A stretch of 63,107 nt of DNA, filler included, from Squatina squatina (taxonomy: Eukaryota), in NCBI GenBank assembly GCA_031763465.1. It is 4 parts of 3 records of this genome, joined end to end, with 100 filler letters (N's around TTAATTAATTAA, not from the genome) between each part and the next. Parts side by side here need not be neighbours in the genome. Positions count along the whole stretch, not along the records: positions 17,784 to 31,815 come from JARFOE010000192.1; positions 31,916 to 50,288 come from JARFOE010000058.1; 2 more parts are not named here. One strand, 5' to 3'. This document shows positions 25,974 to 38,119 of this stretch, in pieces (the stretch's first letter is position 1; each line of letters opens with the position of its first letter). The notes under the pieces were generated by a model. The model did not search any database. It was not told the DNA's origin and saw only the letters and a program-made list of their open reading frames with translations. Both the position numbers and the translations under genes were made by a program.

Positions 25974-28466
25974 NNNNNNNNNNNNNNNNNNNNNNNNNNN
26001 NNNNNNNNNNNNNNNNNNNNNNNNNNNNNNNNNNNNNNNNNNNNNNNNNNNNNNNNNNNNNNNNNNNNNNNNNTGTTTTCCTTCACCAAGTGTGACATCT
26101 GTCATGCCTAGGTTGTTGTCACGGGTCAAGTACTCTTACAGTACTTGGGAAACCATTGCCAGGAATTTTATATCAATGTTCAACTGAATCACTGGTATGT
26201 AAGTTCTTGTATGGTAATTTGAGACCTTTGAAGATCAGTCAAAGATCAAAAATATCTCAGGCTCTGATGTCTGCTTCAGAAAGGCTATGCATCAAGGACT
26301 GCCAGATCAGCTCCATGTCAATTGTAGAATGTGAATTATCCACTGGGGAGTAAAAGGAATACTCTTGCACATCTGGGTTTATTCTTCTCCATGTGTCAGC
26401 AACATACATTTCAATCATCATACACGTTAAGCCCTAGGAATCCTCCCCAGAGAATTTTACAATTCAACTAGCCAGAAATTCATCTAATACCACATTTCAG
26501 TTACCCCCTGCCACTTTAAGGGCAGAAAGAAGTGAGGAAAACCTTTCTGAAGAAATTGGGATCATATAAATGTGAAAAACATTACTGGATTGCTACAGAC
26601 CATGGAATTGATGCTCCTTTCTAATTAAGGTATTCTGTTATATTCAGATCTTCTTACCATTGCTGGTGTTTGAGATGGTTCTATTTCTCTGACATACATA
26701 GGCACTGGATGTAGATTTGAATACAATAGTAACGATCGATCGGAGTGACAACAGATTTCAACATGAGAAGTATGCAGATGTTGAACACCATGAAAGGGAA
26801 AGAGGGGTAGGTAATGAGCAACAAGGATAACAAAAAGAATCAATAAGGAGAGAGACAGGAAAGATTTAGAACTACATGCAAGTGCACTCAGCAAAGAGAC
26901 AGAAATAAATAAAAAGCAGTAAGAAAAGCCAAGCTGGTACATAAATTTCCTGTATGGATAATGCTCTGGATCATTGTGTCTTTCAATCAACTGTCTTTAT
27001 ACAGTTTACTCAGTCATTTGCTTAGATATGGGAAATTCATCAGAAAAGTGAGCATTCAACAGGAAAAGTCTAATTATTACCTAGGAACACAGTAGCAGCA
27101 CTCATTTTACTCAAAATGTCACGGAACATGACATGATTAAAAAGGAGCATTAGTATCTATAGCAACCTCATCTGTCTTTCGTCCTTCTTAAATCCTACCA
27201 AGATATCAATCCACACAAATGCCCTATATACCAATGGCCATGCACTCCCTTGAGAGTCCTGATCAATGGATTGTTTTCCAAACTACCAATCTGGAAACAG
27301 GAAACACCAGAAAATGAACCAATCAATTTTTTTTCAAACTGATCGCATTGATCATCTTAATTTCTGACCCAGACAGTTAAAAACTTATACAAATAACACA
27401 AGCAGACCTCCCACGGCATTGCTCATTATGAAGCAGAGAAAACGTTTTCTAAGATTAGGATTTACATTGACTGAATAGGTCAAGTTCCATTTGTGCTAAA
27501 TGGTATTTGGTGATTTTTCATGGTGTTTTGGGGATTGAATTCCTCAACTCTATCCATNNNNNNNNNNNNNNNNNNNNNNNNNNNNNNNNNNNNNNNNNNN
27601 NNNNNNNNNNNNNNNNNNNNNNNNNNNNNNNNNNNNNNNNNNNNNNNNNNNNNNNNNAGCACATAAAACCAGTGACCATGAAATGTACGAGGATGAGTTT
27701 AGGTTAGCACACATGCTGATTCTCTCTTTTTTTGGTTCAATAGTCCAGCTGAGAGCATAATTACTGCTGTAAACCTAAGTCCTATTGAATGACACCAATG
27801 GATGATACAACAATGCTGCCTGAAATTAATCTAAATGAGTTGGTGCCCAGCAAGCTGCATTACTTTTCTTGTTATTAAAACAAAGCATTTGAGTTTATTT
27901 GTATTTATTCTACATGGTAATGACTACCATTAAGTTCACTGTTGCATGGTTTTGACTGACTTCAAATGTCTGCAGTAGTGCACCGTAGCTTCTGTTTTTC
28001 TGATGTGGCACTTGAGATGCNNNNNNNNNNAGAGGAGGAGGGGGCAGAGATTCCCTGCCTCGGGAAGAAGAGCTGCCCCCTCAGTACATTGTGATAGCTG
28101 ACAGGCCATTGGGACTGAGGTGTCAGCATCAGATGTGGAAGTGCGGGCACCCACATAGTGCCGCAAAAAGGTCAGGGGCTTACCTCGTTTGGTGTGGGTG
28201 AGTGCCACTTGGTCTGTTACAGTGAAGCACATCATTGCAGCAGAGAGGAATAGTTGCACACTAAATGCAGTCCTCATTCCTCTCACTTTAAGACCTTTCA
28301 CTAATCTCAGCTACTGCTAATGACGTATGCATCTACACTGAAAGATGACCATGCAGATGTTGCCATNNNNNNNNNNNNNNNNNNNNNNNNNNNNNNNNNN
28401 NNNNNNNNNNNNNNNNNNNNNNNNNNNNNNNNNNNNNNNNNNNNNNNNNNNNNNNNNNNNNNNNNN

Positions 28467-28603
28467 AAAAATGATATTTTCTTTAGGGACACCAAAATTT
28501 TCCAGCTGCTGAGAAACAGACTCTATCATTGGACGTGGACCACAAATATAACAGAGGTTATCCTTTGATACATGTGCCAGAGTCCTTTCAGATATTCTTC
28601 CAG
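28467..28603 (-). CDS. OXNAD1: OXNAD1 last coding exon (final codons lost in gap)
   Basis: Acceptor ttttattttag|. GRISERTLAHVSKDNLCYICGPRPMIESVSQQLENFGVPKENIIF matches the human C-terminus [50 protein letters not shown]. Confidence 0.92.
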
Positions 28604-28759
28604 CTAAAATAAAAATGAAAATTATAATTAAAGAATTGCAACTAAAAATGACTAGCTCCTAAACCACATCATCTATAATTAAACATTGGCGCAACAACTC
28701 ATCTGTCACGTTCTTTAATACATGATATGGAGGTGAACATTAGTTAGGAATAAAAACTC

Positions 28760-29133
28760 AAGAACAAACTTGCAAGATTCAAAACCTCATGACATCCGAA
28801 AGCACTTCACACCCAATAAGTGATTTAAAAAAATGTAAAATTGCCATTGTAATGTAGGGAAACATGGCATCTAATTTGTACACAACGTGGATCCCACAAA
28901 CAGCGATGAGATAAATGACCATAAAATCCGGTTTTAGGTTTTGATTGAGGGATAACTATTGGCCAGAACACCAGGAAAGTTCCAGAGCTCTTTTCAGAAA
29001 AGTGACATATGACTTTTTGCGCCACCTGAGGGGACAAATGGGGCCTCAGTTTAACATTTAATCCAAAAGATGGCACCTCTGACAATGTAGCACTCCCTCA
29101 CGACTACACTGGAGTGTCAGCTTAGATTATGTG
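28760..29133 (-). mobile_element. Deu-domain SINE in an OXNAD1 intron
   Basis: Reverse complement reads gctgacactccagtgtagtcgtgagggagtgctacattgtcagaggtgccatcttttggattaaatgttaaactgaggcccc (Deu core). Confidence 0.72.
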
Positions 29134-29233
29134 NNNNNNNNNNNNNNNNNNNNNNNNNNNNNNNNNNNNNNNNNNNNNNNNNNNNNNNNNNNNNNNNNNN
29201 NNNNNNNNNNNNNNNNNNNNNNNNNNNNNNNNN

Positions 29234-29441
29234 AGTACATGTGTACTGATCCTGGTTTGTATTTACAATGCTTGCTTCCTTGGCATCTGTGGAGATCAGC
29301 TACGTGCAAGAGTATAGAATACAAGGGATTAATGCCCACTCCACCTGCAACTAACAACAGGTTCACTGGAGAGTCAGAAGGCCGAGGGTCAAAGAAGAAA
29401 TCGCCTCCTACACGAAGAGTTACTTCTGAACCAACATCACA
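29234..29441 (-). CDS. OXNAD1: OXNAD1 (oxidoreductase NAD-binding domain containing 1) coding exon, truncated by gap
   Basis: Acceptor ttcttcctttag|[53 protein letters not shown] contains the FNR-family NAD-binding motif AGGxGIxP and closely matches human [36 protein letters not shown]. Confidence 0.95.
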
Positions 29442-30054
29442 CTAAAGGAAGAAAGTGGAAAGTCTTTGTTAATAATAGTTTTTAAAAGAAAAAAAGTGGC
29501 ATTTTCTGGGAAAGACAATACTGAAGACTCAAAATACCTCCTGAACAATTGTCCACTAAAGGTATGTATCACTACCTCAAATGAAGTGAGAAATCAGACA
29601 TTTTTTTTTGTTAGGCAACTCATGGGTCAACGCATTTCTGTAAAACTTCCCCTGCAGCTAAACTAAATGTCACTGTACATTACTTAATATTGCTAATTCA
29701 ATATTACAAAAATAATAATGTGCCTGCATGTTGTACATTGTTTAATTTGTAATGCAATGTCAAAATTTTGAACAAATTCTACTAAAATTCATCTTGCTTT
29801 AAAGAAATGAGTACATAGACTTTGATAAATTCTAGTGTGTTGATTTTGTTCTTCATGAAATATAATCATAGAACCACCATCTCCCCAAAGCGGCTAATTT
29901 CGCTAGATTTCATTATCATTCATTTCCTCAGTAAAAGCCCATGGAGCTCAGTTGGAGCCAAGCATTAAAGCATTTTCAAAGGTGACTGTTTTTCTTTAAA
30001 GTCTTGAATTTATTTCTATTAAGTTAATTAATAGTCTATTGGACTATTAGTCTA

Positions 30055-30191
30055 CCAGACTGATTCCTGGGATGGCAGGGCTGACGTATGAAGAGATTAG
30101 GCTTATATTTGCTAGAGTTTAGAAGAATGAGAGGGGATCTCATTGAAACTTACAAAATTCTAACAGGACTGGACAGATTAGATGCAGGAAG
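30055..30191 (+). mobile_element. CR1-clade LINE ORF2 fragment
   Basis: RLGLYLLEFRRMRGDLIETYKILTGLDRLDAG motif. Confidence 0.85.
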
Positions 30192-30704
30192 NNNNNNNNN
30201 NNNNNNNNNNNNNNNNNNNNNNNNNNNNNNNNNNNNNNNNNNNNNNNNNNNNNNNNNNNNNNNNNNNNNNNNNNNNNNNNNNNNNNNNNNNCAAGCATTA
30301 AAGTACACAATGCATTGTCCAACAAAAATGGAAACTGATGTATAAACTGAAAATCCTGCGAATGCACAGTAGTTTGGCCAATGGTTACTGCCTTTGACGA
30401 GAATTAGTTTAGTTTCTTCCTCAGTGGTCCTTGATACAACTGAAGTTTAGAGTGATCAATTGTGCCACACAATGCAACCCACATTGTTTATCTTTCCCCA
30501 TCCAGTTCAAAGATGGCTTTGGAAATAATTAAGGTTTGCTTCCATTCTATTGTGAGGATTTCCTTCAGTACAGCAGAACTACAAGGCACACTTTGTTGTC
30601 AGCAATCTGAGTTCTGTAATCCTTGAAATGCTCGACTACTCCTGACCAAACAGGAGCAAATGAGCTGCAGCCGTCACAGAGTAGGTGTCGGAGATGACAG
30701 CTCA

Positions 30705-30851
30705 TCACTCGTTCATGACTATCAGTTGCTCGAAACGCCACAACTGCTGGGTGATGTATTTATTGCATGGTCTCAGAAACAAGTCTTTGCTTGTTCCATT
30801 CTTTATTGCCTCAATGCACTTGCCAGAAAAGACATGGACAATTTCTCCACT
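30705..30851 (-). CDS. GALNT15: Polypeptide N-acetylgalactosaminyltransferase 15, last coding exon (ricin-B lectin C-terminus) with stop
   Basis: Acceptor ttttcctttacag|AGT. SGEIVHVFSGKCIEAIKNGTSKDLFLRPCNKYITQQLWRFEQLIVMNE* matches human NGMIVHILSGKCMEAVVQENNKDLYLRPCDGKARQQWRFDQI. Syntenic with OXNAD1. Confidence 0.9.
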   Translation of the reverse strand, partial: SGEIVHVFSGKCIEAIKNGTSKDLFLRPCNKYITQQLWRFEQLIVMNE

Positions 30852-30974
30852 CTGTAAAGGAAAAGCAGAATATCTACTTAGACCTTCGTAGCACAAGAAG
30901 CACATGTTCTTAGTACATAGCTGTTAGGAAAATCACGAATCTGACACAAGATCAGTTCTTTTCTTTTAAAAGTA

Positions 30975-31630
30975 TTGCTGGAATTTTCACCTTTGCGTCG
31001 GGTTGGGTGTGTGTGGGCGGCGTAGTGGTCTGAAACGCAATGTTTTCAGCAACGCACTGCTCAGAGCAACTTTCACTTAATGGCCCAAATTCAAACAGTC
31101 ATGTGCATTTCCCCGGCTTATAAATAGTGTAGGTCTGATGACATCATCAGTGACTCATTTCCAGTGCCCATATTTAAAGCAGCCTTGCACTGAACTCACT
31201 TGACGGTTTCCAGAGGAGGGCGGAAGGTATCAAAGAAAGGCCACAGAAGCCATAGAACTTTTGAAACATGGGTAGCCAAAGACAGAGGGCTGCACCCTGG
31301 TCCTCAGATTCTTCCTTGCATGCTCTTGTGGAGGCTGTCACAGCAAGCAGAGAGGCCCTCTTCCCTGCTGACAGGCAAAGGAGATCTCCACAAGCAACAA
31401 AGAGAGCCTGACTGGATATTACTGAGGAGGTCAGCTGCAGGGATGTGGTGAGGACCTGGATAAAGTGTAGGAAGCACTGCAATGATCTCATGAGGTCAGG
31501 AAAGGTGAGTTCAATGCCACACTCACCCTCATCTTGAAGTGGATATCAACACATCCCCATCCATCTGCCTTTCCAAGCTTACTCCTGCACATCATTCCTC
31601 ACACCAACATACCTTGCATGTCCACCCATC
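30975..31630 (+). mobile_element. PIF/Harbinger transposon remnant with a Myb/SANT-like DNA-binding exon
   Basis: 31292-31504 translates APWSSDSSLHALVEAVTASREALFP...TKRA*LDITEEVSCRDVVRTWIKCRKHCNDLMRSGK, then donor gtgagt. This is a Myb/SANT trihelix pattern with the conserved Trp mutated to a stop. TATAAATA and tgatgacatcatca lie upstream. Confidence 0.75.
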
Positions 31631-31632
31631 CT

Positions 31633-31815
31633 TGCTAAATTTGTATCGAACCTTGGTTAGACCACACTTGGAGCACTGCCTACAATTCTGGTCGTCATAT
31701 TATAAAAATGATATAGAGGCACTGGAGAGGGTGCAGAGAAGATTTACAAGGATGATACCAGAAATGTGAGTGTATACCTATCAGGAAAGGATGAACAGGC
31801 TGGGTTTCTTTTCGC
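31633..31815 (+). mobile_element. CR1-clade LINE ORF2 fragment
   Basis: LNLYRTLVRPHLEHCLQFWSSYYKNDIEALERVQRRFTRMIP motif. Confidence 0.88.
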
Positions 31816-31915
31816 NNNNNNNNNNNNNNNNNNNNNNNNNNNNNNNNNNNNNNNNNNNNTTAATTAATTAANNNNNNNNNNNNNNNNNNNNNNNNNNNNN
31901 NNNNNNNNNNNNNNN
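31816..31915. other. Assembly spacer: 44 N + TTAATTAATTAA + 44 N
   Basis: Same artificial linker as 17684-17783. Confidence 0.95.
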
Positions 31916-34900
31916 CACTACCCGCCCCCCACCCCCCCACCCAACGCAATAAAAGAACAAGAACACTTTCTATTATTCTCCAATAGAATGTTCAAGCAAT
32001 TGATCTGCTGTGAACACTTGATAATTGTTCCAAAGTATATGTTAGGACCCCCCAGGGCACCTACATCCGAGCATTGAAGAGAACAACAAGAAGCAGAGGC
32101 AGCCTCAAGCAAATATAATGTCTTGCCTTGTGATAGAGCAAGAGATCTGTCTCAAAGGCATGAAATAAACTATAATAATTTTGTATCTGCTGCAATTATC
32201 CCTGCAGAATGGACAACACAGTATCATTCCTACTACTAAGAGTGCAACTGCTAGTTTTCTCTCACCAGGCCTTCCCCGAACGGATTCTTTGTAAAGAATT
32301 TTAACTATACTCTTCAGTCCTTTGGGCTTAAACTGCTGCCTCCTGCCTTTTTTTGGGTGGAAAAGGATTCCACAAAATCCCTTTCCAAAAATAAATTCCA
32401 AGAGCGACTATGACCTTTAACCACAGCAGCTTTAAATGCACTATAGTAGTGCAGAGAACACTGTTTCTGCAAGGAATGCCAGTGTTTTTACCAAGCTTTC
32501 CCTCCAATGAATTCCTGGTAAAGGATTTAAACTGTGTTCATTCAAGTCCTTTGGGAGCTTACATTGCTGTCTTCTTTTTTTCTTCGTTGGGTGGTCTAAG
32601 ATTGAATAACTGCTGCCGTGCTGACATTTGTGTGTGGTTTCCCAACAAGAATTCTGTTCTTTTTCCTTTTGACCCCACTGTTGCTAGCCAGANNNNNNNN
32701 NNNNNNNNNNNNNNNNNNNNNNNNNNNNNNNNNNNNNNNNNNNNNNNNNNNNNNNNNNNNNNNNNNNNNNNNNNNNNNNNNNNNNNNNNNNNCTAACATG
32801 AGCCTACAATTCCTCTTCTGTTGTCCTCTTCCACTGCACTACATCTGGTTGAAACATTTCACTCCAAGAATCCTTGGTGCTTTACAATTATTTCTCATTA
32901 CCTCGTCAATGAAAAAGTTACTCCCTTAGGTGAAAAAGTGTGAGTATGAAGTGGAGCATTTGTTTTCTCCCCCTAAAATGAACAAAAAGGGGAATTTCAC
33001 CCCAATCTTGGTCCTCAAATGATCGCTTCCTTTGTGTTACCTCATGCAGACAGATTGGATCAATCATTGTCTATCTCTTCCTTCCACCAGAAGAGAATGG
33101 AGCAGTTGGGTAATAAATAAGTCTTCTTGCGACAGACATGGGTTGCCACGGTGAGTAATATTCCTATTCCTTGGGCCATTAGAATAGTATTAGAATCTTT
33201 TACTTCCACCAAGCTTTTCTTACATATTTTCCCAGTACAATGTGTTTTAGGATTTATCCCAATACTTGCCAATATTTGAAAATTTTGCACAGGAAACTCC
33301 AAGTTTGATTGTTTCAAGTCATCTTTTTAATGGTATTGTGCCAATTTTTTTTATAATTTGGGAATTAAGTTCAGGAAAGAGGTGGAGATATGGTGAATTT
33401 CTCTGTAAAATGGGGAATGGTGGCAGGTATCAATTGCCTCTTTATATTTTCTCCTTAGAAACCATATTGTACAACCTTCAACAAGTGATGTGTGAAATGT
33501 AAGGTTACGAAAAAAAGTACTTCATATTTTCTGTATTCCTTTTGATCCATATGAAAGCAATTTAGTTTAAAATTGTGGATTTTAGAAATTACCTCTTAAT
33601 TTTTACAAAGCAGATGGAACTATTCAGCATAGTTTCTCATGAAGAAAATAAATAAATTAACTCTGTCTTTGAAATTGATATCCAAATTAAACATATATGT
33701 TCATAAGGCACTATTATCTAATTGAACATGTGCTGAGCTGTATCACTTTGTTACATCTGTTTCCCTGCCTGCTATATGCAGACGTAACTTCAGGGGAGAT
33801 GTAACCTGCAGAACTAGGGTAAAACTGGCAAACTTGTGAGCCTATGGATGGTTATAGCAATAAAGTAATAAAATAAATGTGGCCTGCAAATTCTTCGCAC
33901 TGAGGGAGCTGGCTTATATAAAAAGTATGGCATCTTAAGGCTAAATTATTTTTAAACTGAACTTTGCATGGTTTAATGAAATCTAACATGCTGGATTGTT
34001 AGTGGTGAAATATGGGAGGCTTNNNNNNNNNNNNNNNNNNNNNNNNNNNNNNNNNNNNNNNNNNNNNNNNNNNNNNNNNNNNNNNNNNNNNNNNNNNNNN
34101 NNNNNNNNNNNNNNNNNNNNNNCGGGCCCGCAGCCCAGTACCCAAGATGGACTGCCGGGCTGCAAGATGGCAGCCCGGTCCACGCTAGGGGCGCCACGGT
34201 CAGGCCTCTTGCGCTGGCCTCGCGGCTCGCGGGGCAATTTCCCCCGCAGGGCGTTAAGCAGCTGGTGCGGGGCAGTGAGGGGTCGGCGCGCACACCAATG
34301 ATGCCATCGCCGGTTGCGCGCCATCCCAGGACACTACCGGGATAGCACCTCTCAAGCTCCTGGGCAATTTCCCGGGAGGCGGTAGCACCCGCCACCCCCC
34401 CTCTCCTGGTGAAAACTGCCCCCTGGAGGTGCTAACAGGGCTATAAAAAGGAGCAATTTCGCCATTTAGTCTTCCCAGTATTTGGCTGGTGGAAATTATC
34501 ACTCATCCAAGATTGGATGTTTGACAAACAATCTGAAGCACAGAGCGGTGGCGAGGTCGGAAAAGATAGTGGAGAAGTAGAACAAGATTGAACCATAAAT
34601 CTAACAGCACTTTCAAAATCCAGTGACTTAAATTACTCTATTAAAAACAGTTACCTCCTTTCATTCATTGATTATGCCTGTGACAATGACAAACAGNNNN
34701 NNNNNNNNNNNNNNNNNNNNNNNNNNNNNNNNNNNNNNNNNNNNNNNNNNNNNNNNNNNNNNNNNNNNNNNNNNNNNNNNNNNNNNNNNNNNNNNNTATT
34801 ATAGTTTAAATGCAGAGTTAACTGTTCATGAAGCTGTGTCGACTCCATTATTCCAAGAGTAACCCAACCAGCCCACAAACAGAAAAGTCATTCAGCTCAT

Positions 34901-35692
34901 TAACCCACTCCATCCAGAGCGCAACTTTAAAACGAGAACAAAAAACAAGTAAATTGGCCTCTATTTCTAGCTTACAGTTGGGGACAGAATCTTACCCGAG
35001 TTGTAGTTATATGGCCCTGGGGAAATAAAGTCCCCTGCGGAACCCTCAGCAGCACCCAACACACTTTTACAAACAGTGAGGTCAAAAACTGGCTTGTGTT
35101 CTGATGTGACACCACCATAGAAGCTGTTAACAATCTGTACATTTATATTGTTTAATACTGAATATATTGCCGGCTTAAAATGTACATATTTTGGAGTATT
35201 GAGCCACTGCAAGCAGCTATAGACCAGATCCTTATCTGTAGCATTTTTTAGTTGAATATAATAAACTCAGACTTCGTAGCTCCATAGTACATGTAACAAA
35301 AGTGATAACTAGGAAAAGGTGTAGGATTTGGACATGAAAGATCTTGTTATGCATATTTGAGCCTTGTACAAACTGTGCATAAACACAGGGGTAGTACTGG
35401 AATGTGAAACCTTAGAACAGTAGCGTTACATAACTTGTCCTTTATTAATTCATACAATGAAAAAGCCGAGATGGCACAAGTGTAGGACATTTTTGGCTAC
35501 TCTGATGCTGCAAATGAAAGTACTTTTTGGGAGGTTGATAGCCACTCATTTATGCTGTAAAATAAAACTCCATAAAAGGAATCTATAGGTATNNNNNNNN
35601 NNNNNNNNNNNNNNNNNNNNNNNNNNNNNNNNNNNNNNNNNNNNNNNNNNNNNNNNNNNNNNNNNNNNNNNNNNNNNNNNNNNNNNNNNNNN

Positions 35693-35882
35693 TAGGGAAC
35701 AGAGTTTGCGATGGGCCCCGAAGACAGTGGCTTCAGCCTTCCCAATATTTAGTTGGAGGAAATTTCTGTTCATCCAGTACTGGATGTCGGACAAACAACG
35801 TGACAAATCAGAGACAGTGGAGGGGTCGAGAAAGCTGGTGTTGAGGTAGAGCTGGGTGTCGTCAGTGTATATGTGGAACAGC
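35693..35882 (-). mobile_element. L2-clade LINE RT fragment
   Basis: FHIYTDDTQLYL...CLSDIQYWMNRNFLQLNIGKAEA matches the L2 signature YADDTQLY...WMxxNFLxLNxxKTE. Confidence 0.88.
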
Positions 35883-36689
35883 ACAACATGTTAACAGGAG
35901 AGACTGCTTCAAGAGAACGATTGTGCAGGCAAAGATTAATTCCTGATATATCATAATGGGAAAACCTGCTGGTTTTATAGAAGCAGTTTAGCCTGAGATT
36001 ACTGTTTTATGAGCATGACTCTGAGTCACTGCTGCAACAGGTCCATTACAAGATCTGCAGATGGAAAGTAGTTTAAGCAAATGAAGTAAAGCTATGAAGA
36101 ATGAATAGATTTTGCATAGTTTCCTGCTTTTTCTGTTCAGTACATCAAGTGCTATGGAACTCGATGGACTAGTTCTGCACCCTCTTATCACCTAATAAAA
36201 AAACAACTATTAAAGTTGGATTAATAACTTTAATTCTTAGGCATTTACAGGATGCACCATTGCCAATTAAGATGAGTACTTGCAGTGTTCAAAGTACTTA
36301 CTCCATAGGAAATTTCCAACAAATGGTTTGTTTGTTGTCTTGTAGTGATCCCATTATGAACCATTTACTATAATAATATATCAATTGCAATTATTATCCA
36401 AACATTTGGATGGAAGGAACATTTGGTTGATCTCTAGGATCTTATGATACATAAAGCACTGGAGCTTCAGTCTCATGGTTTGCAAAATCCTTCAATTGGG
36501 CTACAGTCCCATAACATACTGCCACCCATTTGTTCTCTCCATATATATATTTCTTGATTGTTATTATTTACCATGACTCTTCCCTCCAATTGGAAAAATA
36601 ACCCACTTAAAAACAGGATTCCTGACAATCTTTCTCCGAAGTTACTGCAGCCAATTGGGAGATACCCCGAGGACGTTCTCCGCACATGT

Positions 36690-37290
36690 TTCTGCAAAGT
36701 AAATAGCCCTAACTCTTGGAGCTTAACCTCATGACTAAGAACTCTGAACCTAACTATCATCCTGGTCTTCCTCCTCTGCACTTTTGCCAAAGTCTAATAT
36801 TATTCATTATGTGCCAAGACCAGAACTGAACTCCAAATGTGAACATACCAGAGCCTTGTATAGTCTAAGTATTGTACCGCTCATTTCATATTCAATGGTC
36901 TAGCAATACAACCTAAAACCTTAAAACAAAAGCAAGGTACTGTGGATACTGGATATCTGAAATAAAAACAGGAAATTTTAGAAGTACTCAGCAGGTCAGA
37001 CAGCATCAGACGAAAGGTCATCGATCTGAAACATTTAACTTTGTTTCTCTCTCCACAGATGCTGCCTGACCTGCTGAGCATTTCCAGCATTGTCTTTTTA
37101 TTTCAACCTAAAACCTGCTTGCCTTCCCTATAATCACCGTACACTGCTTGTGAACCATTTGCAAGTTATGAACTATTACTCCAATATCTCTCTCTTGATT
37201 TGTAGCCTTTAACAAGTACCCCACGGTATAAAAATGCCTAGAGATTCTCAATCCCAAACGCTTGATATTACATGTTGAAGGCCATCTCCT
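36690..37290 (-). mobile_element. Old CR1 LINE ORF2 fragment, interrupted by a palindromic element
   Basis: Minus-strand remnants ERDIGVIVHN...KQCT...GKAS, LGCIAR and KVQRRKTRMI...KLQELGLFTLQK are collinear with the CR1 ORF2 C-terminal region. Confidence 0.75.
36922..37103 (+). mobile_element. Short palindromic non-autonomous element with a degenerate hammerhead-like core (Penelope-like terminal-repeat derivative)
   Basis: Inverted arms (aaataaaaaca...ctcagcaggtcagacagcatc and gatgctgcctgacctgctgag...tttttattt) surround CAGACGA-a-aggtc-atc-gatct-GAAAC. The direct repeat CAACCTAAAACCT flanks it at 36909-36921 and 37104-37116. Confidence 0.75.
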
Positions 37291-37589
37291 ATATAGATCC
37301 ATTCCTCTAATTTATCAAAATCAACCTTCAACATTTTGGTATGGTATCAATTCAGGTACACATTTTCATTCAAATAGCCTATCCTCAATCCATCATAGTC
37401 ATTACTTTGACAAAATTTTAATAAACAAAAGAATTGTCAAGAATTTAACACTTGCAAATGGCAAATGTAGGGCAAGATACAACTTGTCGAACTAAGATAT
37501 TATCAGATATGTTGTTCAAAAAGAACTCGGTTTTCAAAGTGTCTTGCTTTTGCGGGTTTTTTTTTCCATTTGCCACCTGGGTTCTGTAG

Positions 37590-37672
37590 TTCCTCCCCTG
37601 CATCTACCCTGTCAAGCCCTGTAAGAATTTTGTATGTTTCAATGAGATCCCCTCTCATTCTTCTAAACTCTA
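37590..37672 (-). mobile_element. CR1-clade LINE ORF2 fragment
   Basis: EFRRMRGDLIETYKILTGLDRVDAG. Confidence 0.85.
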
Positions 37673-38119
37673 NNNNNNNNNNNNNNNNNNNNNNNNNNNN
37701 NNNNNNNNNNNNNNNNNNNNNNNNNNNNNNNNNNNNNNNNNNNNNNNNNNNNNNNNNNNNNNNNNNNNNNNNCCCTGTAATGTCATGGTAGTGGTCAAAA
37801 GATTTCAAATATTTGATATCTAACAATAGCATTTGTATGTCCTCGACCTTGGGCATCCATGTTATAATGCAATAATGTTATAAAGCAGGATGATGGAAAC
37901 ATATTCAATATTCACTTTTTATCAAAATGAATGATTGTTATCTTTCCAGATCATTTTAGATTACATAAAGTAGCTTTCACTAGTTCAATATTTCTATGGG
38001 TGTGTTCACTTCAGTCACTAATTCAGTTGAACATTTTGCTCAGATTCTTGGTCTTATCAATTCTTTCAAAATACTGAAGCCTTAAACATCTTTTTATCCT
38101 GCAACAGGTTACTGACTTT

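Noticed and set aside
32105-32692. Possible GALNT15 upstream exon on the minus strand (donor-like cctg|gtgag near 32265)
   Set aside because: No frame gives recognisable GalNAc-transferase or lectin sequence, and stops are frequent.
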